DNA of 59,599 bases, filler included, from Sphacelaria rigidula (GCA_964200075.2; 10 parts of 10 records of this genome joined end to end with filler, not necessarily neighbours in it), one strand, 5' to 3'. Positions 1 through 12,440 are shown, numbered from the whole stretch's first letter. Numbers and translations: made by a program. Notes: generated from the sequence alone by a model not told the origin.

Positions 1-77
1 TACCTGGGTTGCAACGCTGAAATAAAGCCGAGGGATTGATTCGTCACGAGTCGACTCGTCATACTAAAACCAAGTAC

Positions 78-212
78 TTTCCAGACGAATCATCATTTGT
101 CCGACCCTTGAATGCTTTGGTGCACGTCGCTGAGGATGACAATGGTGATGTCATTGTTATGGTCGATTGGGAAGGATTCGGTGCCGAAGAACGTACAACA
201 AAGTTTTCGTGA
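78..212 (+). mobile_element. Chromodomain-like remnant, probably a Ty3/gypsy integrase tail
   Basis: Manual translation gives FPDESSFVRPLNALVHVAEDDNGDVIVMVDWEGFGAEERTT. VxWxGF..EE.T resembles the chromodomain motif, truncated before the expected WEP. Confidence 0.45.
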
Positions 213-959
213 GATTGAGAGTTGGGTGAGAATTGAGAGTGGGCTTGATCATTCGCTTTAACTTGGCCAATTTTTCATTCCGTGTGTGCTTTTCGTCGTC
301 TCATCACTGCCACGTGCTTACAGCTACACGTCGATATCCTACTCAAGGGTATCAAGGGCCTCAGTGGCAAGCTACTACAAAGCGAATATTGGGCCTGGTG
401 GAGGTGCATTTCGGAACGGAAACGGCTGATTCACAAATTGACCGCTTTTCACTCTCAATCGCACCTTCAACTCTCAATTTCACAAAAACGTTGTTGTACG
501 TGGGAGTCTCTTCGCAAGATTCAATCCTCTGCGCCTGGATTTGTTTTGCAGGAACTGCGTAAAATGTGGTTGACTCGGGCGCTGACCAGTAAATTAGCGT
601 CCGAGTATGGTATTTCTTTGTGATCTGGCGCATGCGATTTCGCCTTGGTTTTTGTTGGTTGTGAAACTCGTTTGTTTGTCTTGAACTCACTTTGAGGGTG
701 CTGTAGCCAAATGATACCAAGCCGTAGGTTTCAGTATAATCGCATGCATGATTGGGGCAGTCGCAGAGGACAGGGAATCCTGGATTGATTACCTTCATCT
801 GTGTGGCCCCTTGCTGTCTGGCTTGTGATGTGGTCTGTTGAAGATCACTCCGTGATAATAACAAGTTAGAAGAAAGGACTTGTTGAGCACGAGGCCAGTG
901 CTACTGGAGGAGTCCCTCGTGAATATTTCTCTTGTCCAGATCGTCTGGCAGAGGCTACA

Positions 960-1720
960 TGTCACACCCATCTCTTATCGAAGCAGACGAATAGGTAGGG
1001 CCGTGATCTATACATCGTATGCTAGTCGTCTAATCAAGGCCCGATGATCATCAATTCAACAGCCCGGGAAGGTGTTGCTTTCTCGTTGATGAGGCGACAT
1101 GTCGAGTAATTTCCTTGAATTATAGAGACATACCTCAGTTCTAAAGTCTATACGAAACGCGCGACACAATACAATCAGCGGATGACGCCGATTTTAGTAT
1201 TGACATTCCTTGGGGTACGGGGATACGATTGATACCCTCACCTTCACCTGATTTGTTATCTATCGGGAGATATGGCATTTGTGTAGTAGCTAATGCAGTG
1301 GCTGGGGTCTATCAGTATGAGTGCCAGGAGATACCATGGTGTCAGCCCACCAAGCTCCCACGTGGGCAAACTCACACAGACCTAGCTATCCTCCCTTGAC
1401 TTATCACAATGTAGATTCATTCATGTTCAGACTCTTGATAAGGAACTCACGTGTTTGCTTAGCATCATGTTTCATCTACAAGCAGCTCTCTTACTCAGTA
1501 CAGCCGCAGGGCAGCCATAGAAGCAGAGCGTAGTGATGGCCCAGGGTAGACCACGGCAAGGGCAGCAACTGATCAAGAAGGGGCGCGGCAGTCCAGGGCC
1601 GCGGCTAAACAACCCTAACTTATGACAGTAGCAAACGCGATAACAACGCGTCACGGAATCCAGGGTCTACGAGCAGACCCGCACAGAGTATATCTTGCAA
1701 CGCCTCTGAGCTTCATCACA
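960..1720. mobile_element. Possible LTR of a second element that truncates the copia RNase H
   Basis: Non-coding block bounded by TGTCAC...TCATCACA (TG..CA). Its right edge is where the copia RNase H reading stops. No matching TSD seen. Confidence 0.3.
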
Positions 1721-2250
1721 CTTAGTTGTCCGGCTCAAATCATATCTTTTAGATTAAAGAGTCGTATCGCCGGGTGTTTCGAGCTGGTGCTGAAGTTGGC
1801 GTTGAAAGACAGATGAAGTGCGCCTTGTGAATCCGAGTAGATAGTCGCGGGCTCAATAGATGACCATCCAAGCTCTCGCATCAGATTGAAGAGATACATT
1901 CTGAATTTGCCGCATTTCGAAAGGGCAATTAACTCGGCTTCTGTCGTTGAAGTGGCTGTTAGACGTTGTAAGCTCGAAGTGAAATGAACTAGCTAGTTAG
2001 ACAGAAAAAATAACGTCCCCGTTGTTGATCGCATTTTCCCCTGAAGTCCGGCATTATCATAGCTTGTGGTTCTCCTGTCGTTTGGTCGAACGTCTCGAAG
2101 CCAGGCAGTTGTCTCCAGAATACTGTTACCTGTAGCTTGCCGTTCAAGAAAGCAGCTTGTACGTCGAGGGCTAAAATAGGCCAATTTTTCGAAGTAGCAA
2201 TTGCCAATAACAATCGCTGACGTTCTAACCTGCAAACTGGAGCGACCTGT
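1721..2250 (-). pseudogene. Copia RT (internally deleted) joined to RNase H
   Basis: RT motifs APVCR...LDVQAAFLNG..QLPGFE run almost directly into RNase H motifs RSTTG..ATSTTEAELIA..YSDSQGA..SKH. The YVDD region is absent. Confidence 0.85.
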
Positions 2251-2599
2251 TCAACTCCGACAGTGACATACCATTTCCAGTGTTGCTGCAGCATGTTGAT
2301 CCCCAGAAGACATGAAAGCTAGTCGCTTTAGCTCACTGGCTTGCCGTTTGTTAACCGGTCCAGGAGGATGATGATTGGGACCGCCGGCTGAACGCAACCT
2401 CCTTTGGGCGATAGGCGGCCCTGTAGTCGATGAATTGTCCTCCGTGGTGCTGTCCTCTAGCTGAGCTATACCATCGTGAGTATTCATGTTGAAGTTGTTG
2501 ATGTCGTCGTGATGTTTCTGATCAACTGCAGATACGTCGGGTTCCTGGATAGCCAAAGTCGAAAAATCTTCATCACTGCAAGGAGCTCCTGTTACTTGT

Positions 2600-3500
2600 T
2601 CGATGAAAGTAACGTTTCTGGAGCTGGATAAATTTCCCGAGTAGCGGTTGTAAATGCGGTACGATGGACTTTCGGAATCATACTCTACTAGAACTTATTC
2701 CCAAGCCTTTTCTTCTAACTTCCTGTGATGACGCTACCTGTGCACAAACGCCCTCGAGCCGATTGTCCGCAAGGATGATAGCTTCGGTTGCTTGAAAACC
2801 ATCCCAAAATATGGTGTATCGCCGCCGATGCTCGTGTGTGGTAGGCGATTGATTCAAAGGACCGCAGTTGCAGCAATTTCTCTCCAGAGAAATTTCGGCG
2901 AATTCGATTCGTTCAGGAGACAACGAGTAACGTTTAAGATGCTCCGTCCGTCTCTTTCACTGATGCCATTCTGCTGAGGAGTATATGGACCGGTGAACTC
3001 TTGGCGGATGCCCGTAGTCTTGCAGCACTTCTTAAAATAGTCCGCGATGTACTCATCCCCACGGTCTGACCGCAGACGGTGTACACGGAGTCCTTAAGGA
3101 ATAGCCAAATCTTGGATGAACCTGCAGAGCGTAGTCAGGGTCTCATCCTTCGTTTTGATGAGGTAGACTGCCTTGAAACGCGAGAAATGATCCGTAAATT
3201 TTGTCATGTAGCGGTAGCCATCCTGCGCCATAGGCGTAATCGGCCCTGTTGGGTCAGTCCTGACCAATTGCAGTCGTTCCGAAATGTTCGTGGAGTCTAT
3301 GGACTTTGGGTGGTCCTGCTGTACACTTTTATTAAGCTTGCACGTTACACAAGGTGACAGTGGCGCCTCAAAGTGCACACCTGATTCAGGAATATTCAGT
3401 AGACGGGGCATGACCTGCTCCGTGGGATGTCCAAGTCGCCTATGCCAAATGTCTTCTCCTGTCGTGGTAGTCAAAGCTGTCGGTTCTGCTCCCGCTGTGG
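2600..3500 (-). pseudogene. Copia integrase (GAG-pre-integrase HHCC plus core), disrupted
   Basis: WHRRLGHP...CVTC, VRTDPTGP and TDHFSR lie in ORF 3094..3789. Manual translation continues with RSDRGDEY...PYTPQQNGISERDGRS. Confidence 0.88.
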
Positions 3501-3749
3501 CAGACATGGCTGCTGAAATTCCCGGCATGTCGTGGTCAACGGCTTCTGTAACAATGGCTGACCCTATGCCCATAGATTCTCTTGGTATAATTGTAGCTGT
3601 AAATGCTGAGCTGTTCTTAATGTTACCCGATTTCCGAGAAACTCTCAAGCTGATGTACTGTAACGCTCCGTTGCTGTCACTATCGATTGGCACTTTAAAC
3701 TTTCCGAGATCGATATGAGACTCATGAGAAAATATAGTCGAAGCGCCCT

Positions 3750-4013
3750 TCACAAGAGCTTGCACAGGGGAGAACAGATGTTTCCGCAACCTGGGACAAT
3801 TACGGCTGGGAGCCGTACAGAACGTTGGTACCCCTCAGAGTCAATGACCACGGTGTTCAGAACTCCTTTTGCTGTACCGTGCAGTAGATGGCGTCCCGCT
3901 GTTGAAATAGTCATCGGTGGATCGAGTTTGACCAGCTCGACCATTTTACGTTCGATATTGAGTAGCAACCGATCGTCCAAAAAATGTCCGGTGCTGCCGC
4001 TATCCACTGTCAA
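3750..4013 (-). pseudogene. Copia aspartic protease fragment
   Basis: VDSGSTGHF active-site motif, followed by ..AVIVPG.G.N typical of copia protease. Confidence 0.85.
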
Positions 4014-4828
4014 CTGAAAAGAAATTTGATCGGATGTATCAGTGATATGTGAACCAAAAAGAAAGAAAATCCCATACCGTTTGGTGGCGGGGATGTATCT
4101 ATCACTGTCGCAGCTGTTGATAAAGAAGTTTCCAGGTCGTTGTTGTTCGATGGTACGGTTGTAGAAGCTGGATCGGCGACGGCTGTGTTGGCTTGGCGTC
4201 GATGTCCGTTAGAGTTGTTGCTGCCGATGTTGCTGTTGTGGTAGCTCCTACTGATGTTGTTGCTGCTGTAGTCACGGTTGTTATTTCGATGGCGGGGATT
4301 TCTGCGATGATGATGGTTATTGTTGCTGTTTCCAGCGTTGTCGGCTGCATTCCCGCGGTTCTGTTGAGATCTACACTCGGTATCGTCATGCTTGTCAGTG
4401 TGATGGAAACTGCACCATTTTACAAGCCTGCTCCCATTATTTGACTGCATTTGCGAGTGACAGTCTCTGGCCGGATGTCCTGGTTTCCCGCAGGTGTAGC
4501 AATTTCCACGGAATTTCTGGGGTTGATTCAAAGATTTCGACAGTGATGTCACCAGTAGTGATGAATCGCGGCCATGCGCTTTCCCGGAGGTATATCTCCG
4601 CGCCATGCGATTAGCATACATGTTTCGCATTGTTGTTTCGATGTTCTGAATACTGACATCTGGATCACGCTCCGCATTGTACTTGATGAGATCATACGCG
4701 CTTGTTAGACCTTCGATCACTATGTCAGTCAGTCTTTCTTCGGAAATGGCCTCGCCAACGTTGTCCAGTTCGTGCCGAAGCTGATACACTTTGCTCAAGA
4801 AAGTATTAGGGTCTTGCCCTGGTGACAT
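4010..4828 (-). pseudogene. gag: Copia gag fragment with zinc knuckle
   Basis: ORF has a gag-like segment (MSPGQDPNTFL..I.EERLTDIVIEGL..Y), the CCHC knuckle CYTCGKPGHPARDC and a second motif WCSFHHTDKHDDTEC. It is frameshifted from upstream and downstream parts. Confidence 0.85.
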
Positions 4829-5592
4829 GGTGACGCTGTTGAGTCATCTCATCAAGATCGTGATTCTCTGCTTTGAAGAATTTTGATACTTGGAAATCAG
4901 AGCCTCCCATGTACGTTCGCCGTTTGGTCTCTCTGAACCCTTCGGCTGGAAACGCAACAAATAACTCGCTGCAGGACCGGTTGTAGACAGATACGAGACG
5001 TGGAACAATTATTGATTGCATCGGTCCCAACTTTCTATCTCACGCGTGTTAAAAACCCCCCTTATATGTGACACCACGCTTGGAGAACGAGATTCTCGTG
5101 AAAAATGATGGTCTTCTTCGGTAGGTCCAGTCCCATCCACCGCTGCGATCGTCTCGTCTCCCGTGGTTGCCTTCACCGATGAGAAGTGCGGTCGAACGGA
5201 CGACTGCTGGCGGGTGGTTTGAGAACGAGTTCTAGCAGGGGTAGGTCTTGTGGCAGCTGGTTGTGGAAGATCTACCTCAGAAAACGTTTCTTCTAATTCC
5301 GCGGGGCGAAAAGGATATCCACAATACCCAGATGAGTTAAAGAAATGATAGCGCGCGTGGAGCGCATCCACTCGACGAACTTTGTAACGTCGAACTTGTT
5401 GATGCTCTTGATGAGCTGAGTTACAGATGGCTCTCCGGACATATTCATCTGCCTCACGTTACTAATGAAACTATTCTCTTCACACCTGCAGATCTTTTGG
5501 AAAGATCAGGGTTCTTGGACTCTTGATTGTCGCTGCTGTGGCGACCTTGATATGATACCTCCTCGCTCATGCTGACCGATCAAGTCTTGACT

Positions 5593-5720
5593 CGAAGGCT
5601 GATGACCTGAAGACCTAGGTGGTCGCGAATCGAAGGCACCTGTTGGCCTATGTGGTCGCGAACCGAGGCTGAAAACCTGTTGAGCTATGTGGTCGCGAAT
5701 CGAAGGCTCAAAATCTGTTG
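5593..5720 (-). repeat. About 3.5 tandem 33-38 bp units in the copia leader containing LTR-end/PBS-like motifs
   Basis: Plus-strand units of the form cgaaggct..acctgttg..tatgtggtcgcgaat start at 5593, 5631, 5664 and 5701. Confidence 0.8.
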
Positions 5721-5870
5721 GAAATTATTCGCTGGCGCAGCACTGTCTCACTGGACAGTTAAGCAGAGGCTTGCACTACAGCGGTAAAGCTACTTGCGAG
5801 GACCCAGTGTAGTAAAATCAAGATAGTGTAGTTCGGCGCTTCTGGCCTGAAATATCGGCCTCTTTTGCAA

Positions 5871-5970
5871 NNNNNNNNNNNNNNNNNNNNNNNNNNNNNN
5901 NNNNNNNNNNNNNNTTAATTAATTAANNNNNNNNNNNNNNNNNNNNNNNNNNNNNNNNNNNNNNNNNNNN
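5871..5970. other. Artificial contig-joining spacer (first of nine identical spacers)
   Basis: N44-TTAATTAATTAA-N44 (stops in all six frames) recurs exactly every 5,970 bp: 5871, 11841, 17811, 23781, 29751, 35721, 41691, 47661, 53631. Confidence 0.98.
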
Positions 5971-6207
5971 CGAACGGCTCCAAAAAAAGTAGTCGGCCCA
6001 AAAATGGCCGTTTTTTGCCCCTTTCCGAGGGGAAAAAAAGTGTCGATTTTTTTTTCGATTTTTGTTTTTATCGCCCCCGCCTTCACTGGGGCCTGCTGCC
6101 AGGAAGTCCCACGCGATTAAAAAAAAAAAAAACCGACACTTTTTTTCCCCTCGAAAAGGAGCAAAAAACTGCCATTTTTGGGCCGACTACTTTTTTGTAG
6201 CCGTTCG
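5971..6207. mobile_element. Foldback MITE with long terminal inverted repeats
   Basis: cgaacggctccaaaaaaagtagtcggcccaaaaatggc... is the near reverse complement of ...gccatttttgggccgactacttttttgtagccgttcg. Arms are roughly 80 bp. Confidence 0.8.
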
Positions 6208-6912
6208 GCGGCATGGTTCAAGCACGAGCTGCAAATTTCAAACACATTTTCATAACCCCAAAAACACCGCAGAGTTCATTGAAAAAAAAAAGGATCGCAC
6301 ATCGGTAAGGGCCCGTACAAATTTAGGTGCCGTTACTTATGGGACAGAGGAAGTATACAAAAAATAAGATATTTTTCAGCTTTGGGAGCTTTTCGGGTCC
6401 GCTGTGGCAAATTGAGCACAGGAGGTGATGGCTTAACCTAGCTGTTGTGTGTCTGCGGGGGGTTGTGAATTGCCGCGGGCCGGCTTGCTTCTTATGTCGA
6501 GAAACTCGTGATGAAGAGTAATACAGCTGTCGCATACTGAACCAAGTCAGTGAAGGATGAAGCCTGTGTTCTGTTCGAGTTGTGGTCGGCAGAGATGCGA
6601 TTACCTGATGACCTGTTCATTATTCCTCCGCGCTTTTTGTTACTTTTCAGGGGTATATTTTTTTGGTCATTAGGCCCCCCATTCCGACCCATAACAGGGA
6701 TTTCGCATGTCTCTCAATCAACACGAAAGTTGGCCAACCATCCAGCTGAATATACTCCATACTGTACAATACCACGAATCAGCCGATGTTCTCCTTCACT
6801 AGCTGTCAACTGTCGCCCTCCTTTCTCGTTGGTTTGTTGGCTACGCTGTCCGTTTCCGCAGCATTTCCACACGACCAAGCACGCTAGCGAGCACCCGGAA
6901 AAGGCTTTCGTG

Positions 6913-9873
6913 ATGAATCAGGCAGTTCTGGACAAGCAACTACCGGCTTTCCAAAAGGTGCGCGTTTTTTTTGCGAACTCGTAGGTGCTGACGGAGTCAT
7001 GCCGGAGGTGGTGCGTTCTTCTCAACCGCAGATAGTCGCGGATGACTGACTGCACAGCACTGTCATTTACGATATTTTTTAATACGGTCTCCTGACCTGT
7101 CATGAGGCAGGGGCCTGTGCAGCAGGGTTTTTTTCGGAACTGTTACTGTTGTATTGTAGACCTTTCGCCTGGCGTTTCCCTTGTTCTTGTCCTTCCCCAT
7201 ATATATATATATATATATATATATATTCCTTTTTTTTTCAGTTCACCTCGCGTCTGACAGCTCATGAGCTACCTGTAGTAAAATATCTATTTGAAGAGTA
7301 CTCTAAGATGCCTTGTCCAAAAACATAAATATACGTGACGGCAGGGTCCGAGAAGGCAATGCGCTATCTACCTTTGCGCTACTCCGCGTTCTCGGTGTCC
7401 AGCGCTATTAGGAGAAAATATGGGGGAAGAGCCCACATGAGCTACGTAGCTCATGATCCGGATCAGTACGCCACTAAGAAGTAATAGCGAGGTAGGTCGT
7501 GAGCTGTTCAAACGTGTGCCGTTTACTCTGTCCGTTTTCTCTCGTTCTTGGCATTTTCCTTCTGCTCGCTATTCCCGAGTTCCCTTCAGCGATTGTTTCC
7601 GTTCACTGACCTCCTTGGGGTTTGTCCATCTTGTCTTCATCCTGGCGGCTAGGTTGGTTATAAGAGCGGATCAGCCGACGTGCGACGATCAATCAACCAA
7701 TCAAGCCAATATATTGTACTATCCCTGAAATGTTCTGTATTCTGCTCCACACGCGATATGCCGCCGACCGACCCCTCGATGACTCGTTTTGTCCTGCACT
7801 CTCAGATGTGGCGAGAGGCTTTTCAGTCGGTAGCAGATGAGGTGGAGCGAATATCTCAAGAAGTGGGAAAGCGTGTCGAACAAGATCCCCTGGCGTCTAT
7901 CGGCATGCCGCGGCCGGCAAAACCAAGATCATCCCTCGATTCTAGAGGTATCGGTGGCTCGACGGGGACGAAACGGCGACGGCGAGAGGAGGACGCGAAG
8001 GAGCGGGTTGAGGCAAAAGCTGCAGCCATGAGCGATCCCTTCGCCCGCCGACGGACCCGGCCGCAGAGCTACTGGACGGTTGGCTCTGGGGGAGGTTCTC
8101 TGACTGAGGTGAGCTGGTCGGTTGTCGTGACTGCCTGGCCTTGGCATGCGTGCGCGTAAGATGTGAGGGAAAGAAGTTGAAGTGAGCTAGCTGGCGGCAA
8201 CTGGTCGTCCAGCCCCATGCATCTGAACAGTACGCGGTAGAGCAAATGACATCATCATCACCCATTGTCACTATCATTATCATTATCGGTATAATTACCA
8301 TCGTCATAACTGTTTTTATTTCCGCACATGAGCCCGATCTCTCAAACCCGTGATCATAGACATAGGCTCGCCTTGTCAGTACCGTCACTACTATTCCTTA
8401 CCTAGGTGTAGATGCCAACAGTACTGTATATCACCCGAGCCCATGTCTCTCTCATAGTCCTTCCTTGGTTTTCCTACTCTCGTCAGTATGTCCCCAAATA
8501 GAACTCCGAAGATGATGTGAGGTACGTTATTTGGTCATGCGTACGATTTTGTATGCTCATGAACGCACTGCATGCAGGGCACATAACGATAGGCGTTCTC
8601 GTTGTCGAACCATATTTGTACCGAGATCCAGAGGTATGACAACGCTCTTCATTCAGCTGTAACTGTCAATCGTGAACCGGTATCCTGGATTGGTTGCCTG
8701 CTCTACAAATTGAGAGGTCCTTAGTGTGTTGAGAGAGATGCACGGTCATAATCCATGTGGCAGAAGCTAGCCATTTATCATTTTTTCTTCTTCTTTTTTG
8801 GTTTTCTCCTTCTTTTTATTTTCTTTTAGTCAACCCTGTTTCTTTGTTCTACATTTTCTGTCTTCTTCATTTTTCTTCAGCAAGTTTTTCAGTTCTGTTT
8901 TTTTGTGTCGGGTACGTCTACGGTGTGACCACGGCTGGACCAGTTCGAATGCGACAACAAATGAATGAATGAATGAATCAACCAATCAATCAATCAATCA
9001 GTCGATGATGTTGGAAGCAGGTGTGCCATTTGTGAGTTTCCATGTGTTCGATTCGTTCACGATACCAAACGTACATGTCGGAAGGACCAAAAGTCGTATA
9101 GACTCACGATCAGTGTTTTTTTTTTGTCGGCGTATAATCGCCTGTAGTAAGGGTACCGAGGCTTGGGGCGCACGGTCGTGAGAGTGGCTTGGACGAGCTG
9201 TGCCTGTTCGTACTCGCCTGTATCTGTACAGCAGGAGCGACATCGATTCTCTCGGAATATCTAGAGCTTGTTCCGAGTGTTCCTTCAGATTCACCGTACA
9301 AGAGTCTAACTCCGAGTTTTGCAAGATGGTCAGTACGCAAAGACTCTCACGCCAAGAAATAGCGAGAGAGGCGTCCTCGCTCCCGTTGCAACTTCGGTCG
9401 TGTCCATCAATGCCCAGCTTGGAATTGCTCCCTTAGTGCACCTCGCCTCCTCTTGACTACGTACAAATTCAAAATAAAAGAAAAAAATGTACCTTCACGC
9501 ATCACATGCACGGAACTAGCCATGAAATTCCCACTTTTTTTTTTTTCTTGTTGATTGTTTTGTTCTTCTCCCGTGTCGTCCTCTGAACGGTCGCTCTGGC
9601 ATCCTCTCAACCCTGACAGCCCGCGCGTTCGTTCTTTTTGGCAAAAAGGGTGTGGCCCCTGCTTCGACCGCAGCACTCGCCGCACCGGCTACCGTGCGTA
9701 TGGGGGAGTACAAGTGCGACACTTGTGAGGGGCTGGACACGAGCTTTGACGTCATTGGCGGGGCGTCTGTCGGCAGCCGGAAGGCCGAGACGTTCGGCAA
9801 CAAAGATGCGCCAGAGCTTGTGTTGAGGGTCGTGTGCCACTCTTGTGGATCTACGTGGCTCGAGGAACGATAG
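6913..9873 (+). CDS. Multi-exon gene ending in a TFIIS-C-like C4 zinc ribbon
   Basis: GT-AG exons 6913-6957 (MNQAVLDKQLPAFQK) and 7806-8108, then tentatively 8502-8521 and 9235-9328, and a last exon about 9649-9873 encoding YKCDTC...VVCHSCGSTW. Middle exon frames are uncertain. Confidence 0.6.
7199..7226. repeat. (TA)n microsatellite
   Basis: Direct reading. Confidence 0.9.
7258..7506. mobile_element. Intronic MITE
   Basis: TIRs cagctcatgagctacct / aggtaggtcgtgagctg, with internal palindrome catgagctacgtagctcatg. Confidence 0.55.
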
Positions 9874-11940
9874 CGCCTCCGTTTCTCTCTTTGGTTTCCT
9901 CGAAGGAAGGAGGAAACCCGACCCAAAACTTACCCCGCAAGCGAGTTCGTGCGTCTGCCCATTACCAGGAGGCTCGACCAGACTGCCTTGCGGTAGTCAA
10001 GTGGGGTAGGCGTCTCGAGCGTTCGCAAGCTTTGCTCAAGGCAATGTAGGGGTCCGATCCGTTAGAAGCCCCCACCACTTGGCGCAGTGCACGCGCCGTC
10101 CTACTCTCATGAGTGTCGGCTCTAGGAGTGGTATCGAGTCTTGCACTACTGTACAGTCTGGAGATGTGCGTTGTGGGTGTGAGCTGTTGTTAAAACTTAG
10201 ATGGTTAGGGTAGGGTAGGTAGGGTAGGTGGGGTTCAGAGTAAGGCTCGTAGGGGGTACAGAGTAGGGTGTTTTTCGGGGTGTCGATACTCCGGATATTC
10301 TGGAGCACTGAACATTTCCCGCAGTCGATATAAATACCCTCCGTACTCTGTAATGCCGAGTATTACTGGCAGTCGATACCCCGGGTACCTCTAAGTAGGG
10401 TATGTACCCTAAAACCTCACCACCTTTTTTGGACTTGAAAAAGTGTTGGTGATTTTTGTGCGTGTGTGTAAAGGTGGTCGCAAGTTTTGTGCGTGTTCCA
10501 GTGGGTGTTGCGATTGCTTCGCGTTGTCCCTTGTTTTTTTGCATTTACTGACGTGCGCTTCTCCTGCGCAGAGCAGCAAGGGGAGTTCCCCCGGGTCTGT
10601 TCACTTACGTAGTCGCCATTACTGTAGGTTGTGTAGCCTAGTTTAAAGTATTACGCGCGGCAGCTACTGCTGTGGTCGCATTATTAGTGGAGGGAGCACC
10701 TCTCCGTTGTTGTCGAGAAGTTACCTGTAGCGAACAGTTCCCCGAATTTGTTGCTGTCATTTGTTCCCATCCCATTTGACGTGTATCGTACAGGAGATGT
10801 GAACAGAAACTATGGAGGTCGAATTGGCGGAGTGGCCGGCTGCTGATTCAAGTAGAAGAGGGTCGAGATCGTTGAAGACAGACCCTTGAAGTTTGTCTTG
10901 ATGACTTGATCGCTTCCCACCTCGCTTTCATCGTACTCGAAAGCAGGATTATTTCACATCCGCCTGTTCTTGAATGACTTTGTTATACGCGCGCAGTGGG
11001 CCACGTCGCTTTCGTAATTATGCCTTGCCACCTTTGCCAGAGTGTGCGTTTGAGATGATATCCGGAAGACAACTTGCGATCCTACTCAAGCCAGGCAGTA
11101 ACTTTTTTGCGGCATATTTTTGTACCAAGATAATTGAATGTGTATACATGAGCCCCGCCTCTCTTCCACACAAGTGAACCGCACTTCACGTTCAAACGCT
11201 CACATCTCATGTTTTTTTGGCGATACCGCGCTTATTTGGTCGGGTCGATCGAAACCCTTGTTCACCGGGATACACACGTGTGATTTTCAGTTCTGTCGAT
11301 GGGTCATGCTACGGTATAGGCGTTGCACATATTGACTCAGATTTTTATCATTGAGAGGCTCCTCAAGTTAGGAGCTACTCACGAATCCAGGCCAGGACAT
11401 TACCGTTTTCAAATTCATTCGGGATATCCCTTGCCTCGTATTGGAATGCTAATCGTAGCGTGCTTTCAGATAGTTCACAAGTCGTTTTTGGCATGCGGTG
11501 GAGGGCTTCTAACAAATCGAACCTCAGGAAGTATTTGTGCACTCCTACCGTACGTGACACCCCTCCAACCATTCATTTTCAAATGGGTTTCGCAAAACAA
11601 AATGTAGCCCGCCCGATGTGGACGTTTTTCTGCACTTGTTCATGAAGATAAGGATTTGTGTTGGAACATTCGACTTTTGAGACTACTACTGTGCGAGCCC
11701 GATGCATGCCACAATATTTCTCCGCCATAGCCCACATGATAGCCCAGATCCCTGATCGTCGATTCATGTACGAGTGATGCTACGGTAGGGGTACAGAAAT
11801 AATTTCTGAGGTTAGGATTGTTAGGAGCCCCTTATCTCATNNNNNNNNNNNNNNNNNNNNNNNNNNNNNNNNNNNNNNNNNNNNTTAATTAATTAANNNN
11901 NNNNNNNNNNNNNNNNNNNNNNNNNNNNNNNNNNNNNNNN

Positions 11941-12440
11941 GCAATCAATCACCAAGCGCGAAGCGCCGTGCTGTGTTCCGCAAGTCGCATGAAGGGTGAG
12001 CTACATCCTGCTAAGATTGTTCGGCCCGAAGCCTACCGATGATCTTGCAGTTGGATGACAACCTACAATGGATTGCTTTATTTTCTGGTATCGCCACTTC
12101 CAGAGACAGCTACGGCTTATACACTGCCTCGTCGGGTGTCCTACCATTGAAACACTACGTAGTACGATCATCCCCTTTGTGCGGAGTTGAGGTTCCCCCA
12201 CACCGCACAATATGATTTATGTCGACTACCATCGTGGTTACCGCAAAAAAACGCAAGCGCGCAAAACAAATGGGTAACCTGATTGTCTAGCTTACGCAGT
12301 GAGTGGCGTGTTTTACAGCGTTGTCGCCAATCGACGCCAACCGCACAGGGGGTCCGTCCCCTACAAAGTCGGGACGGAGCACGCCGGGTTTTCGCCGGAC
12401 TAGGCTAACGGGAGGGAGTGGGGGAGGGGGGGGGGGCATG
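11941..12440 (+). repeat. Abundant interspersed repeat family A
   Basis: The same sequence (gcatgaagggtgagctacatcctgct; ctggtatcgccacttccagagacag) occurs reversed at about 29900-30530 and 35280-35720. Related ends occur at 17911, 35821 and 59530-59599. Confidence 0.85.

Larger units (their letters stand above)
1721..5870 (-). mobile_element. Degenerate Ty1/copia LTR retrotransposon (partial 5' LTR, PBS region, gag-PR-INT-RT-RH)
   Basis: Minus-strand domain order gag, protease, integrase, RT, RNase H is diagnostic of copia. Multiple frameshifts, stops and deletions. LTR end ...TTCCAACA at 5716 is followed by GATTTTGAGCC, resembling the copia GGTTATGGGCCC PBS. Confidence 0.93.

Noticed and set aside
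361..864. 167-aa minus ORF as a Penelope-like element
   Set aside because: Only a vague resemblance. No RT or GIY-YIG motif is visible.
5593..5720. CRISPR-like repeats
   Set aside because: Units are contiguous with no unique spacers, there are no cas genes, and they lie in a retrotransposon leader.
5915..5926. TTAATTAATTAA recurring every 5,970 bp as a biological repeat or array
   Set aside because: It is embedded in Ns and is a synthetic six-frame stop linker.
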